Below, piece after piece: positions 38,329-48,661 of a DNA stretch of 64,000 bases. The stretch lies in NCBI GenBank assembly GCA_033764315.1, contig JANRJA010000075.1, forward strand, positions 1 through 64,000, in the 5' to 3' direction. The notes below the pieces were generated by a model. That model saw only the letters and a list, made by a program, of their open reading frames with translations. It was not told the DNA's origin and searched no databases. Source of the stretch: Oculatellaceae cyanobacterium bins.114 (GTDB lineage: Bacteria; Cyanobacteriota; Cyanobacteriia; Elainellales; Elainellaceae). Both the position numbers and the translations under genes were made by a program. The stretch's first letter is position 1, and each line of letters starts with the position of its first letter.

Positions 38329-39297
38329 TTAGGGTTCGATGCTTTCTAAGACGCGACGAAAGGCAGTTTTGCTCTGGGTGTTATCGCGCCATCCTAAGAC
38401 CGCAAAACAGACCAAAATGCCTAAAAGGGCGGCTCCGACACTTTGGTGAGCCACCGTCAACAACTCCACTTGCAGATGTAAGCGGAAGGTGGAAACCCCT
38501 AGAACAAGTTGCACCAGCAACAACCCGGCGGCAAGGTTGATCAATTGCCGCAGCACCGGATGCAATGCTGGAGTGCGCCATGCCAGGGTCACGAGAACAA
38601 TAACCATCACACTCGTGGGAACCACGCCCAACAGATGGCTATTCATCACGCTACACAGTTGAGCGATCGAGAGGCATTGGTGCAGTGCCCACTGTGACCC
38701 AACCAGGGCACCTGTGAGACTTTGCAGATAAATCAGCAGGGCAGCACCTAGGCTAATCCACGGTAACTGACTCGCTGTACCCGTTCCCTGATAAGGCAAT
38801 AGCGCACTGCCCATGACTAATAGGGTGATAAAGAAGAGAAGGGCGGTGCCTAAGTGAGCCGTGACGATGTCAAACCGCAGCATTTCAGTCACGGTCAAGC
38901 CTCCTAAGACTCCCTGAAACACGATCAGGAGGAGGGCAAGGCTAGCTCCCCAGGGAAGCCAACGAGGTAAGGTGCTGCGGTGCCACACACTCAAACCCAC
39001 CAGGGCGATCGCCATCAGCCCAATTAATGCTGCATCCAGGCGATGAATCCATTCTAAAAACACCTGAAAATTCATCTGCTGACTGGGAAACAGTGTGCCA
39101 TAGCAGAGAGGCCAGTCAGGACACGCTAGCCCTGCATTCATAACCCGTGTAGCACTGCCAATTGCCATCAAAATTAAGGTGGCGATCGCAATTTTCCAGA
39201 TTAATTTCCGAATTCGATCGACAGGTTGAATCAGCTCTGATGAACGAGTAACATCAATCGCCTCTAGGGCACGTTGATGAAGCGCAGAATCAGTCAT
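38329..39297 (-). CDS. ctaA: Heme A synthase (COX15/CtaA)
   Basis: GLACPDWPLC, EWIHR and conserved His residues in TM helices. Confidence 0.93.
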   Translation of the reverse strand: MTDSALHQRALEAIDVTRSSELIQPVDRIRKLIWKIAIATLILMAIGSATRVMNAGLACPDWPLCYGTLFPSQQMNFQVFLEWIHRLDAALIGLMAIALVGLSVWHRSTLPRWLPWGASLALLLIVFQGVLGGLTVTEMLRFDIVTAHLGTALLFFITLLVMGSALLPYQGTGTASQLPWISLGAALLIYLQSLTGALVGSQWALHQCLSIAQLCSVMNSHLLGVVPTSVMVIVLVTLAWRTPALHPVLRQLINLAAGLLLVQLVLGVSTFRLHLQVELLTVAHQSVGAALLGILVCFAVLGWRDNTQSKTAFRRVLESIEP

Positions 39298-39688
39298 TCC
39301 CCGTGCCCCCCAACAAATAAAAATTCATTGCACATCAAACACTAAAAAACACTAAAGTTAATCTCTAACCGAGCCGTAACTTCAGCCGACGTAACGAGGT
39401 GATCTAGTTACTACTTTAGTGATGCTATTCAGAATTGGCAGAGCTTTTAGAAATTCTTCGGATTGTTGTACCTATTTCTTAAAGAAGAAATTAGAAAGCT
39501 TCCTTCATAATCATCAAAATTTAGTTACATAAATTCATGATTTATTTCCAGATGTAGTCAATGTCACTAAATCGGAATCACAAAAGCATCCTGATCCTAA
39601 AGAAATTACTAAAGATATCTACTTTTTAACGCTCTGAATCGGTTTGCTGCTTTAACGTGGTAGTTAGCATTAGGTAATTGATTTAGCC

Positions 39689-40693
39689 GTGAACATTCCA
39701 AGTAACATCCTCACAATGTTGGCTGGCATCTCCTTGACGCTAGTTAGCATCTGGTACGGACAAAATCACGGTTTGCTGCCCGTAGCAGCTTCCGAAGAAG
39801 CTTCCATCATTGATGGGCTGTTTAACACGATGATGACGGTGTCCGTTGGGCTTTTTTTGTTAGTACAAGGCATCTTAGTTTTTGCTCTGTTCAAATTTCG
39901 GCGGCGTGCTGGCGATCGCACGGATGGCCCCCCCATTCATGGCAATCTTGCTCTAGAGATTGTTTGGACGGCGATTCCAGCGGTCGTCGTGCTAGTCATT
40001 GGTGTTTACAGCTTTGAGGTTTATAACCGGTTAGGTGGGTTTGACCCCAATGCGGCGTCCGATCGGGGTGTAGAAGTGGCTATGCTTCCCGGTGACAACT
40101 CATCTGGCTTGATCGACGCTCCCAAGCCTCACAAAATGGCAGGGCATCACCACATGGCATTAGGAATTGGTGCAATGCCTGGAGAAGAAGGCACAGCGGC
40201 AGATTTGTCGGTTGATGTAATGGGGCTGCAATACGCCTGGATCTTTACCTACCCAGCCAGCGGCATCACCACGGGTGAGCTACATGTTCCTGTGGGCAAA
40301 GAGGTGCAATTGACGATCAAGGCGCAAGACGTGATTCATGCGTTTTGGCTACCTGAGTTTCGTCTCAAGCAAGACGCAATTCCAGGACGCGATGCTGAGT
40401 TGCGCTTTAGACCCCAGCTTGTGGGCGAATATCCCATTGTCTGTGCTGAGTTGTGTGGTCCCTATCATGGTGCAATGGGTGCCAAGCTCTTTGTGCACTC
40501 TCCTGAGGACTACGATAATTGGCTGCAACAGCAGGTCGCTAGTAACACCAATCCGACTCAGGTCGTCGCCATGCGTCCAGATGATCGCTCTGAGGCAGAT
40601 TACCTCGCGCTGATTGTGGAACACCTGATGGGAGACAGTGTTGCCCCTGAAGCCTTGGCGCAATTACATCCTCACCACTCTACAATGCCCTAA
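39689..40693 (+). CDS. ctaC: Cytochrome c oxidase subunit II
   Basis: LEIVWTAIP; CuA ligands DVIH...CAELCGPYHGAM are present. Confidence 0.95.
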   Translation: MNIPSNILTMLAGISLTLVSIWYGQNHGLLPVAASEEASIIDGLFNTMMTVSVGLFLLVQGILVFALFKFRRRAGDRTDGPPIHGNLALEIVWTAIPAVVVLVIGVYSFEVYNRLGGFDPNAASDRGVEVAMLPGDNSSGLIDAPKPHKMAGHHHMALGIGAMPGEEGTAADLSVDVMGLQYAWIFTYPASGITTGELHVPVGKEVQLTIKAQDVIHAFWLPEFRLKQDAIPGRDAELRFRPQLVGEYPIVCAELCGPYHGAMGAKLFVHSPEDYDNWLQQQVASNTNPTQVVAMRPDDRSEADYLALIVEHLMGDSVAPEALAQLHPHHSTMP

Positions 40694-40779
40694 TGGTGAC
40701 AATGCCCTAATGGTGACCGTTTTTAAGAACTTCAACTTGCTTTGGCAAGCCATCTAATATTTACGAGAACCAAGCACGT

Positions 40780-42489
40780 ATGACTCAAGCAGAATGGCAG
40801 TCCACCGCGATACCACCCGTGGAGCACGAGCAACCACCTGATCGGAAATGGTGGGAGTACTTTACATTTAGTACCGATCACAAGGTCATTGGTCTTCAAT
40901 ACCTGGTGACAGCGTTTTTCTTTTACTTGATTGGGGGAGCTTTGGCGACTGCCATTCGCACTGAGTTGGCAACGCCTGCCTCTGATTTTGTTGCGCCTGA
41001 TGTCTACAACGGCATGTTGACCCTGCACGGCACAATCATGATCTTTTTGTGGATCATTCCAGCGGGTGCCGGATTGGCGAACTACATGATTCCCCTGATG
41101 ATTGGGGCAAAGGATATGGCATTCCCCAAGCTCAACGGGGTCGCCTTTTGGATGATTGTGCCAGCGGGAGCGGCACTGATCCTCAGCTTCTTTTTAGAGC
41201 CTCCTCAAGCGGGTTGGACGTCCTATCCACCACTGAGTTTGGTGTCTGGCAAAGTGGGTGAGGGCATCTGGATTTTTGGCTTGCTGACCCTGGGTACTTC
41301 CTCCATCTTGGGAGCACTTAACTTTTTTGTAACGATCCTGCGGATGCGGGTTCCTGGCATGGGCATCAACGATATGCCCCTGTTTTGCTGGGCGATGTTA
41401 TCTACGTCAGGGCTGATTTTGATCGGCACCCCTGTGTTGGCAGGGGCGTTAATTTTGTTGGCATTTGACCTGCTTGCGGGGACTGCTTTTTTTAACCCCA
41501 CTGGGGGCGGTGACCCAGTGGTGTATCAGCACATGTTCTGGTTCTATTCCCACCCAGCGGTTTACATCATGATTTTGCCGCTGTTTGGGGCAATTTCTGA
41601 GATTCTGCCTGTGCATGCTCGCAAGCCACTCTTTGGGTATCGAGCGATCGCCTACTCTAGTGTCGCCATCAGTTTCTTGGGCTTGATTGTCTGGGCACAC
41701 CATATGTTTACCAGTGGCACGCCAGCTTGGCTACGGATGTTCTTTATGATCACCACAATGGTGATCGCCGTGCCCACGGGGATCAAGGTCTTTGGGTGGT
41801 TAGGCACGATTTGGGGTGGCAAGATCCAGCTCAACAGTGCCATGCTGTTTGCGCTAGGGTTTATCTCGATGTTTGTGATTGGCGGTATTACTGGGGTCAT
41901 GGTCGCTTCAGTGCCGTTTGACATCCACGTTCACGATACCTACTTCATCGTCGCCCACATTCACTATGTGTTGTTTGGGGGCAGTGTGTTTGGCATCTAT
42001 GCAGCCGTTTACCATTGGTTTCCCAAGATGACGGGACGCATGGTGAATGAAACCTGGGGCATTGTGCATTTCATTTTGACGTTTATTGGCATGAACCTCA
42101 CCTTTATGCCAATGCACGAGTTGGGGCTGTTGGGCATGAACCGCCGGATCGCTATGTATGATCCTAAGTTTGCAGGCTTAAATATGATCTGCACGGTTGG
42201 TTCCTATATTCTGGCAGTGTCTACCATTCCCTTTTTGGTGAATGCGGTTTGGAGTTGGTTGTACGGCAAGAAAGCGGGCAATAATCCCTGGCGAGCACTG
42301 ACCCTGGAGTGGTCAACCACCTCACCACCCCCCATCGAAAATTTTGAGGTGACACCTGTTCTGATTAGTGGTCCCTATGATTACGGTTCTGGCGATCGCA
42401 ACCCCGATGTTGCTCTAGAAGAGCAAGAGACAAATACGGAGGCACCTCCTGGCTTTATTCCCCCTGAAGAGGCGCGGGCTGGAAAGTGA
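40780..42489 (+). CDS. ctaD: Cytochrome c oxidase subunit I
   Basis: TDHKVIG, GWTSYPPL, WFYSHPAVY, VWAHHMF and HDTYFIVAHIHYV motifs. Confidence 0.97.
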   Translation: MTQAEWQSTAIPPVEHEQPPDRKWWEYFTFSTDHKVIGLQYLVTAFFFYLIGGALATAIRTELATPASDFVAPDVYNGMLTLHGTIMIFLWIIPAGAGLANYMIPLMIGAKDMAFPKLNGVAFWMIVPAGAALILSFFLEPPQAGWTSYPPLSLVSGKVGEGIWIFGLLTLGTSSILGALNFFVTILRMRVPGMGINDMPLFCWAMLSTSGLILIGTPVLAGALILLAFDLLAGTAFFNPTGGGDPVVYQHMFWFYSHPAVYIMILPLFGAISEILPVHARKPLFGYRAIAYSSVAISFLGLIVWAHHMFTSGTPAWLRMFFMITTMVIAVPTGIKVFGWLGTIWGGKIQLNSAMLFALGFISMFVIGGITGVMVASVPFDIHVHDTYFIVAHIHYVLFGGSVFGIYAAVYHWFPKMTGRMVNETWGIVHFILTFIGMNLTFMPMHELGLLGMNRRIAMYDPKFAGLNMICTVGSYILAVSTIPFLVNAVWSWLYGKKAGNNPWRALTLEWSTTSPPPIENFEVTPVLISGPYDYGSGDRNPDVALEEQETNTEAPPGFIPPEEARAGK

Positions 42490-42584
42490 TGTGAGTTTGT
42501 CACGCGATCGCTAGCATGGGTCGCACCCTTCCTATCTATCGAAATCCTTTTGGATTTGTGTCCCACTCATCACAATTGAGGTTT

Positions 42585-43205
42585 ATGCAAGGTTCAACTA
42601 TTGATCCCACGAAGACGGAACTGAACTATCACCACGCAGCTGCATCTGAGCATCATGAGGCCCATCCCGATCACCGTTTGTTTGGGGTTATCGTCTTCCT
42701 GATCGCTGAAACCATGATTTTTGCAGGGTTGTTTTTGGCGTATTTCACCTTTCGTTTGGTCGCGCCGACTTGGCCCCCTGAAGGGACTCCAGAGTTAGAG
42801 TTGCTGTTACCTGGAATCAACACTGTGATTCTGCTGTCCAGTAGCTTTGTGATTCACCAGGCCGATGTCGCTGTTAAAAAGAATAATGTTTCTGGGCTGC
42901 GGTTCTGGTTTGCAGCTACTGCTATTATGGGCGCAATTTTCTTGGCCGGACAGGTCTATGAATATAGCCACCTAGAGTTTGGGCTAAAAACCAATTTATT
43001 CGCCAGCACGTTTTATGTGTTGACTGGGTTTCACGGTTTACACGTCCTCTGTGGCATTGGGTTGATTACGGCTGTGTTAGTGCGATCGTTCAAAAAAGAC
43101 CACTATTCTAGCGATCAACATTTTGGCGTTGAAGCGGCTGAGCTCTATTGGCACTTTGTCGATGTGGTGTGGGTCGTTCTTTTCTTGATCCTCTATCTGC
43201 TCTAG
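42585..43205 (+). CDS. ctaE: Cytochrome c oxidase subunit III
   Basis: NTVILLSSS, TGFHGLHV and YWHFVDVVW motifs; start at MQGST after gagg. Confidence 0.95.
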   Translation: MQGSTIDPTKTELNYHHAAASEHHEAHPDHRLFGVIVFLIAETMIFAGLFLAYFTFRLVAPTWPPEGTPELELLLPGINTVILLSSSFVIHQADVAVKKNNVSGLRFWFAATAIMGAIFLAGQVYEYSHLEFGLKTNLFASTFYVLTGFHGLHVLCGIGLITAVLVRSFKKDHYSSDQHFGVEAAELYWHFVDVVWVVLFLILYLL

Positions 43206-43228
43206 CGATCGCCCAATTTTTTCTCACT

Positions 43229-43265
43229 AAAAATACCCTTACCATCCTGGGTAGGGGTATTTTTT
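43229..43265 (+). terminator. Rho-independent terminator of the cox operon
   Basis: aaaaatacccttacc / ggtaggggtattttt stem with T tail. Confidence 0.75.
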
Positions 43266-43338
43266 ATGGGAGAGTGCTACGCTCCGCAAAGAGTGATGAG
43301 TGCTGACACTTTTCATCCTTCATTTTTTTCTTTCCCTT

Positions 43339-44514
43339 ATGCTGTTGCATCGACTGATTCAACCTCTACTTAAACGGCTGATGTTGGGGTTGCTCCTGGT
43401 TTGTCTGACGGGTTGTACATTGCCGCGTGTAAACGCTGAGGACAGGCTATTTCTGGATCTGTCCCTTGATTTCTTGGGTGCTTATGAACTCCCGATTGAA
43501 ACCTTTGAAGACACCCCCGTCGGAGGTCTATCCGGGATCACGTATGATCGTCAGCGCGATCGCCTTTATGCCGTTTCTGACGATCGCAGCAGCAACGCTC
43601 CGGCTCGCTTCTACACATTAAAGTTGGATATTGTGGCAGATGAGAATCAACCCCGGTTAAAAGATGTGGTGATCGAAGACGTTACAGTGCTCAAGAACGA
43701 GGCTGGAGACCCTTTCCCTCCTGATAGTCTTGACCCTGAAGGCATCGCCCTCTCGCCTCGGCAGTCAGTGTTTATTGCCAGTGAAGGGGTAGCCAGGTTG
43801 GGGATCAGTCCCTTTATTCAAGAGTTTGATTTAACAACTGGGCAAGCCAAAGGGCAATTGCGGCTTCCAGAACGATATATCCCTAAAACAGTGGATGGGC
43901 AACCGCAAGGCATTCAAGACAATCTGGGGTTTGAGGGATTGACCCTCAATCCGGGTGGCTTTAGCAACGCCTGGTTGGAGCCATTTCGCCTGTTTGCGGC
44001 TAACGAGGCGGCCTTGTTACAAGACATTCCAGAGGCAACAGACTCCACTGAACCGCAACCAAGTCGTTCTCGCTTTCTGCACTATCTGATTGGAGACGAA
44101 CTGCCCACCCTCATCTCGGAGCATTTATATTTGGTTGATCCCCCAACGGGTACGGCGATCGCCAACGGATTGACCGAAATCCTCACGCTCGATCAGGCGG
44201 GACACTTCCTTAGCATTGAACGCTCCTATGGCCCAGATGGGTTGAGTGCCAAGATCTTTCAAATCGCAACCGGAGGAGCAACTGATATTTCCGGTATTTC
44301 AACCTTGAAGGGAGATATCGAAGGCATCCAACCCATCCGCAAAGACCTGTTGCTCGATCTAAACACTCTAGGGATCACCCTTGACAACCTGGAAGGCTTG
44401 ACCCTCGGCCCTCAGCTTTTTGATGGCACCCCTAGCCTGTTGCTTGTGAGTGACGATAACTTCAGTGACAACCAGACCACTCAATTTCTCTTGTTTCGGC
44501 TGAGCGGGATATAG
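43339..44514 (+). CDS. Esterase-like activity of phytase family lipoprotein
   Basis: Lipobox LTGC; GGLSG, SDD, DPEGI, NLGFEG, DNLEG and VSDDNF motifs. Confidence 0.88.
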   Translation: MLLHRLIQPLLKRLMLGLLLVCLTGCTLPRVNAEDRLFLDLSLDFLGAYELPIETFEDTPVGGLSGITYDRQRDRLYAVSDDRSSNAPARFYTLKLDIVADENQPRLKDVVIEDVTVLKNEAGDPFPPDSLDPEGIALSPRQSVFIASEGVARLGISPFIQEFDLTTGQAKGQLRLPERYIPKTVDGQPQGIQDNLGFEGLTLNPGGFSNAWLEPFRLFAANEAALLQDIPEATDSTEPQPSRSRFLHYLIGDELPTLISEHLYLVDPPTGTAIANGLTEILTLDQAGHFLSIERSYGPDGLSAKIFQIATGGATDISGISTLKGDIEGIQPIRKDLLLDLNTLGITLDNLEGLTLGPQLFDGTPSLLLVSDDNFSDNQTTQFLLFRLSGI

Positions 44515-44675
44515 AAAAGCTCAAGGGGAATGGGGAGTCGGCAATCGAGAGTTAGAAAAGTCAAGGGGTAAGATGCTCATTGCCCCTGCTGCCGTGATTT
44601 TTTTTCTTTTTTTTCTCCTCTTTTTTCCGCCTTCCCTCATGTCATAATGATGCGACTGTTTTTCTGAATGCTGGA

Positions 44676-45728
44676 ATGGTTGCAACTCAATTTACCCGCG
44701 ATATTACCCCTGCTGGCATTGAGCCAGAATTAGAGCTGCAATTTCAACTGCCTGACCCGGATGATGAGGCCATCTCAGAGCACGAATTTCAGAAGCAAAT
44801 CGATACGGCCTGGTTGGTGTGCGATCGCTTTGACTTGCAGACCGACATCTGGCGCGGGCGGATTTTAAAGACAGTGCGCGATCGCGAAAAGCGCAGTAGC
44901 GACGGTCGGGGCACAGGATTTATCAACTGGCTCAAGGATCGGGAAATTAGTAAAAGTCAAGCGTATGCGCTGATCGAGTTAGCCAACAGCGCCGATACCC
45001 TGGTCGAGGGGGGCATGTTAGAACCAGAAGACGTTAATCAGTTCAGCAAGCGGGCGTTTGTAGAAACGGCAAAATCAGCCCCGGAAGTGCAACAGATGGT
45101 CAGTGATGCAGCACACCGGGGCGATCGCATTACTCGGCGTGAGGTGCGACAACTGTCAGATGAGTGGGTTGCTATGTCTTCTGATTTATTGCCCGATGAA
45201 CTCAAAGAAAAAGCCGCTAACAACACTATTCCCACGCGATATATGGCTCCCTTTGTGCGCGAGCTAGAGAAATTACCTGCTGCTCATCAGACTTTCTTGC
45301 AAGACGAAATTGCTGAGAATCCTGATGTAGACACCCTCAAGCAAGTCACCGCAGAAGCCCGCTATCTAGCTAAATACCTCAGTTCGGCAGCTCAGGTGCA
45401 GACCTTTGACCAAAATGCCCTCGATCTGGAATCTGCCCTGGAAGAAGCCCTGCGAGTCGGTTGTCTCAACTCCACCGCTGATTTGGTGAACAATGCCGCT
45501 CAGTTAGAGCAGTTGATTGCCAAGCTCTACACCACCTGGAAACGGCTTAATAGTCTGGCAGAGCGGGTTTATCTCGACAGTGGAGCCAGTACCCCTCACC
45601 TGCGATCGCTCCTCAGTAGTCTTAATGCTCTATCGGGGAATATTCTAGAACTGCAACTGGGCGATCCCGAAGGTCAAAGTTTCTCCCGCATCATTCGGCT
45701 GCAAATCTTGCCTGAGTTAGAGGGGTAG
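44676..45728 (+). CDS. Conserved cyanobacterial hypothetical protein
   Basis: 350-aa ORF with CDRFDLQTDIWRGRIL and FSKRAFVETAK blocks. Confidence 0.8.
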   Translation: MVATQFTRDITPAGIEPELELQFQLPDPDDEAISEHEFQKQIDTAWLVCDRFDLQTDIWRGRILKTVRDREKRSSDGRGTGFINWLKDREISKSQAYALIELANSADTLVEGGMLEPEDVNQFSKRAFVETAKSAPEVQQMVSDAAHRGDRITRREVRQLSDEWVAMSSDLLPDELKEKAANNTIPTRYMAPFVRELEKLPAAHQTFLQDEIAENPDVDTLKQVTAEARYLAKYLSSAAQVQTFDQNALDLESALEEALRVGCLNSTADLVNNAAQLEQLIAKLYTTWKRLNSLAERVYLDSGASTPHLRSLLSSLNALSGNILELQLGDPEGQSFSRIIRLQILPELEG

Positions 45729-45733
45729 GAGGT

Positions 45734-46600
45734 CTAATTTTTGATTCCCGTGGCAGCAATGCCTTGAATAAATTGCCGCTGCCCCACTAAAAACAGCGCC
45801 ACAACCGGAAGAGTGGCAATCGCCACCGCTGCCATCATCAGTGACCAGTTGTTGGTAAATTGCTCCTGAAACTCAGCCAGAGCCAGTTGCACGGTACGTA
45901 ACTCCGGACGAGTAGTGAAGACAAGTGGCTTAAACAGATCATTCCACTCGGCGATGAAAGTGAATAAAAACAGGGTGACGAGAGCCGGACGTGCCAGTGG
46001 TAACATGACTCGCCAGAGAATTTGCAGTCGATTAGCCCCATCGATCGCCGCCGCTTCCTCCAATTCCACTGGAATGGTCTGAAAGTATTGACGCATCAGG
46101 AAGATGCCAAAGCCATTGGCGGCGGTGGGCAAAATTAAGGCGGCATAGGTATTGATCAAATGCCCCCACTTCAACACCAAAAAGACAGGGATCACCAGTA
46201 ATTGAAAGGGAATGACTAGAGTTGCCAGGACAATCAGCAAAATGGTTTGCTGTCCCCAAAACTTGAACCGAGCCAGGGCATATCCCGCCAAAGCTGAGGT
46301 CACAATTTGCAGACCTGTGACCGCCAGTGCCACAAACGTCGAGTTGGCAAAGGCTAGCAAAAAATTGCCTCGCTCCCAGGCTTCTCGATAGTTTGCCCAA
46401 GTCCATCCGGTGGTTGAGCCTACGCTGAGATTAGACACCATGCCAGAAGGGGTCAGTGAAGTCAGGAATACGATGAATAGGGGGAGCAAGACGATGCCTG
46501 CTCCAAGCCATAACAACCCTGCATTCAGCCAATTGAACCAGGGGATTGTAGAGTTAGCTCCGGCACGAAGGTCTGGGGGAGTGTTAGCATTAACATTCAT
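45734..46600 (-). CDS. Carbohydrate ABC transporter permease
   Basis: EAA motif ELEEAAAIDGA; AGYALAR and WND motifs. Confidence 0.92.
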   Translation of the reverse strand: MNVNANTPPDLRAGANSTIPWFNWLNAGLLWLGAGIVLLPLFIVFLTSLTPSGMVSNLSVGSTTGWTWANYREAWERGNFLLAFANSTFVALAVTGLQIVTSALAGYALARFKFWGQQTILLIVLATLVIPFQLLVIPVFLVLKWGHLINTYAALILPTAANGFGIFLMRQYFQTIPVELEEAAAIDGANRLQILWRVMLPLARPALVTLFLFTFIAEWNDLFKPLVFTTRPELRTVQLALAEFQEQFTNNWSLMMAAVAIATLPVVALFLVGQRQFIQGIAATGIKN

Positions 46601-46784
46601 AGGAAATGGGTGCTGCGATCGCTGTATTGAGATGGAGGATAGTGATCATTCGGTTTTCTATATTCAAAACCGCTTGTAAATTTCTGGTGTAACCCAGTAG
46701 GGTATAGATTAGAAATACAAAAATTATCTAGCCATTTTTATGTGGTCGTGATCGGCACATTTTTAGCCAGGAGACGATGGAGTT

Positions 46785-47480
46785 ATGCCGCAGCTTGAGG
46801 TTATCTCAGAGATTGATTTCCGTAGTGAAACCTACAAAGACGCATATAGCCGAATTAATGCGATTGTAATTGAAGGTGAGCAAGAGGCTTTTGAAAATTA
46901 TCAACGCCTCGCTGAACTCCTCCCAGATGAGAAGGATCAACTGATCAACCTGTCTAAGATGGAAAACCGCCACAAAAAAGGGTTTCAAGCCTGTGGTCGG
47001 AACTTAGACGTTGATCCTGATATGGAGTTTGCTCGTGAGTTTTTTGCCGATTTGCATCGCAACTTCCAAGAAGCGGCGGCTACTGGCAAAATTGTGACTT
47101 GTTTGCTTATTCAGTCACTCGTCATCGAATGTTTTGCAATCTCGGCTTATAACATCTACATCCCTGTGGCTGACGATTTTGCCCGCAAAATTACCGAGGG
47201 TGTAGTCAAAGACGAATATCTTCATCTCAATTTTGGTGAAGAGTGGTTAAAGGCAAATTTTGAAGCCTCAAAAGCAGAGCTTGAAGAAGCCAATCGTCAA
47301 AATCTACCTTTGGTTTGGCGCATGCTAAATCAGGTTGAGCGCGACGCTCACGAACTGGGCATGGAAAAAGAAGCCCTGGTTGAAGATTTCATGATCAGCT
47401 ATGGTGAAGCTCTCAGCAATATTGGGTTCACTACCCGTGACATCATGCGGATGTCGGCTTATGGATTGGCTGCTGCCTAA
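46785..47480 (+). CDS. ado: Aldehyde-deformylating oxygenase (alkane biosynthesis)
   Basis: [19 protein letters not shown]; di-iron ExxH motifs ENRH and EYLH; 231 aa. Confidence 0.97.
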   Translation: MPQLEVISEIDFRSETYKDAYSRINAIVIEGEQEAFENYQRLAELLPDEKDQLINLSKMENRHKKGFQACGRNLDVDPDMEFAREFFADLHRNFQEAAATGKIVTCLLIQSLVIECFAISAYNIYIPVADDFARKITEGVVKDEYLHLNFGEEWLKANFEASKAELEEANRQNLPLVWRMLNQVERDAHELGMEKEALVEDFMISYGEALSNIGFTTRDIMRMSAYGLAAA

Positions 47481-47510
47481 TCTTTTGAGACAGGTTGACT
47501 GATGTAATGG

Positions 47511-47595
47511 TATAGCCGCTGTCCAGACAGTTTTTTCCGCTATAGCTCTAACCCACAGGATTGTTTTTGCAGTGCAACCTGTGGGTTTTGCTATA
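47511..47595. repeat. Two abutting TATAGC/GCTATA-bounded palindromic elements
   Basis: tatagc...gctata (47511-47544) and tatagctctaacccacagg...cctgtgggttttgctata (47541-47595). Confidence 0.55.
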
Positions 47596-47603
47596 GGTTG
47601 CCA

Positions 47604-48230
47604 CTATACCCACTGCAACTCGACCCAGGCGATCGCCGCAAACAGTAAAAACAAAGCACCTCCCAGGGCAGTAATGGTGCGCTCAGAGATGCGTCCTGCA
47701 ATCAAGCATCCCCCTAACACCGCGATCGCCGCACAGATGGAATGCCCCAAGATGGCCCCCAACGTTACCCCAACTGGATTTTGATCGGCAGCAATGGCGA
47801 TCGTGGCAAATTGAGTGCGATCGCCCCACTCTGCTAAAAACGTCAACGTAAAGGCTTCTGCTAACACTCCCAGTCCCTGCCTTTGGCGTTTTTTAGATTT
47901 CTCAGCTTTGTCTACCAGTTCTACTGCTTCTTGGCACTCATCTACCCCTGCTGCTTTTGCGGGCATACGATTGGCATCGTACAGCAGCTTACAGCCAAAC
48001 CCAATAAACAAAACAATGGTGGCAATACTAACCCAGATTTGAGGTAAGAATGCGATCGCCTGTCCCATGACAACCGAGATAATTGTCATCGCTGCCAGGG
48101 CGGCTGCGACTCCAGCAAACACGAGCCCACGCGAGTGACGCATCGACAACACAACGGCAATAAAAAACGTTTTATCACCCAATTCTGAGATAGTAATCAG
48201 CAAAAGACCGGCAGTAAAAGCGTTCAGCAT
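47604..48230 (-). CDS. TMEM165/GDT1 (UPF0016) family Mn2+ transporter, Mnx/PAM71-like
   Basis: Two E-x-G-D-(K/R)-T motifs: SELGDKTF and AEWGDRTQ. Confidence 0.93.
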   Translation of the reverse strand: MLNAFTAGLLLITISELGDKTFFIAVVLSMRHSRGLVFAGVAAALAAMTIISVVMGQAIAFLPQIWVSIATIVLFIGFGCKLLYDANRMPAKAAGVDECQEAVELVDKAEKSKKRQRQGLGVLAEAFTLTFLAEWGDRTQFATIAIAADQNPVGVTLGAILGHSICAAIAVLGGCLIAGRISERTITALGGALFLLFAAIAWVELQWV

Positions 48231-48328
48231 TTCCTCAAAGCTCTCCCCAAAAGTGACGTGGCGGATTTGGGTGAACTTGATGAGGCTGCTAGCGATCGCT
48301 TCACCAAGCCCACCCCATGTGGACTCAG

Positions 48329-48465
48329 TGAAAGTCTCGCTTGCAAAGATTAGCTTGTGTGAGTCGCGGCGACTCTACATCGGCTCAAACTTCGTCATCT
48401 GAACCAGGGTCATCCCCAGTATGTTGATTCAGATGGGCTGGCGTACCAGCAGCTACTCCCTTTCA
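48329..48465 (-). ncRNA. yybP-ykoY manganese riboswitch
   Basis: Minus strand: tgaaagggagtagc...catctgaatcaacatactggggatgaccctggttcagatg...gcaagcgagactttca. It shows the GGAGUAG, UCAACAUAC and GCGAGAC signatures, a P1 stem tgaaag/ctttca, and lies about 100 nt upstream of a GDT1 transporter. Confidence 0.88.
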
Positions 48466-48661
48466 TTTCTTAGGCAATTATACACAAAATTCCAACCACA
48501 AGTCAGTGACTAGGTAGAGACGTAATGATGGGTAAGACGCATTTTGACTCCCATTCGACTTGTTCAGGACAAGCCGCTCAATGCTTAGAATCTTTTCTCT
48601 AAGAGGGTTGGGCGTTATTCATTAATTTTTCACGCTGCCCCTTTTTGTCTTGGGCTTCCTA

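Noticed and set aside
39391..39411. gtaac-N11-gttac palindrome between ctaA and ctaC as an NtcA site
   Set aside because: The spacing does not fit GTA-N8-TAC. It may bind another factor, but there is no support for that.
39689..43205. Possibility that the oxidase operon is the alternative ARTO type
   Set aside because: Subunit II retains the CuA ligands and ctaA/ctaB are adjacent, so it is the ordinary aa3-type oxidase.
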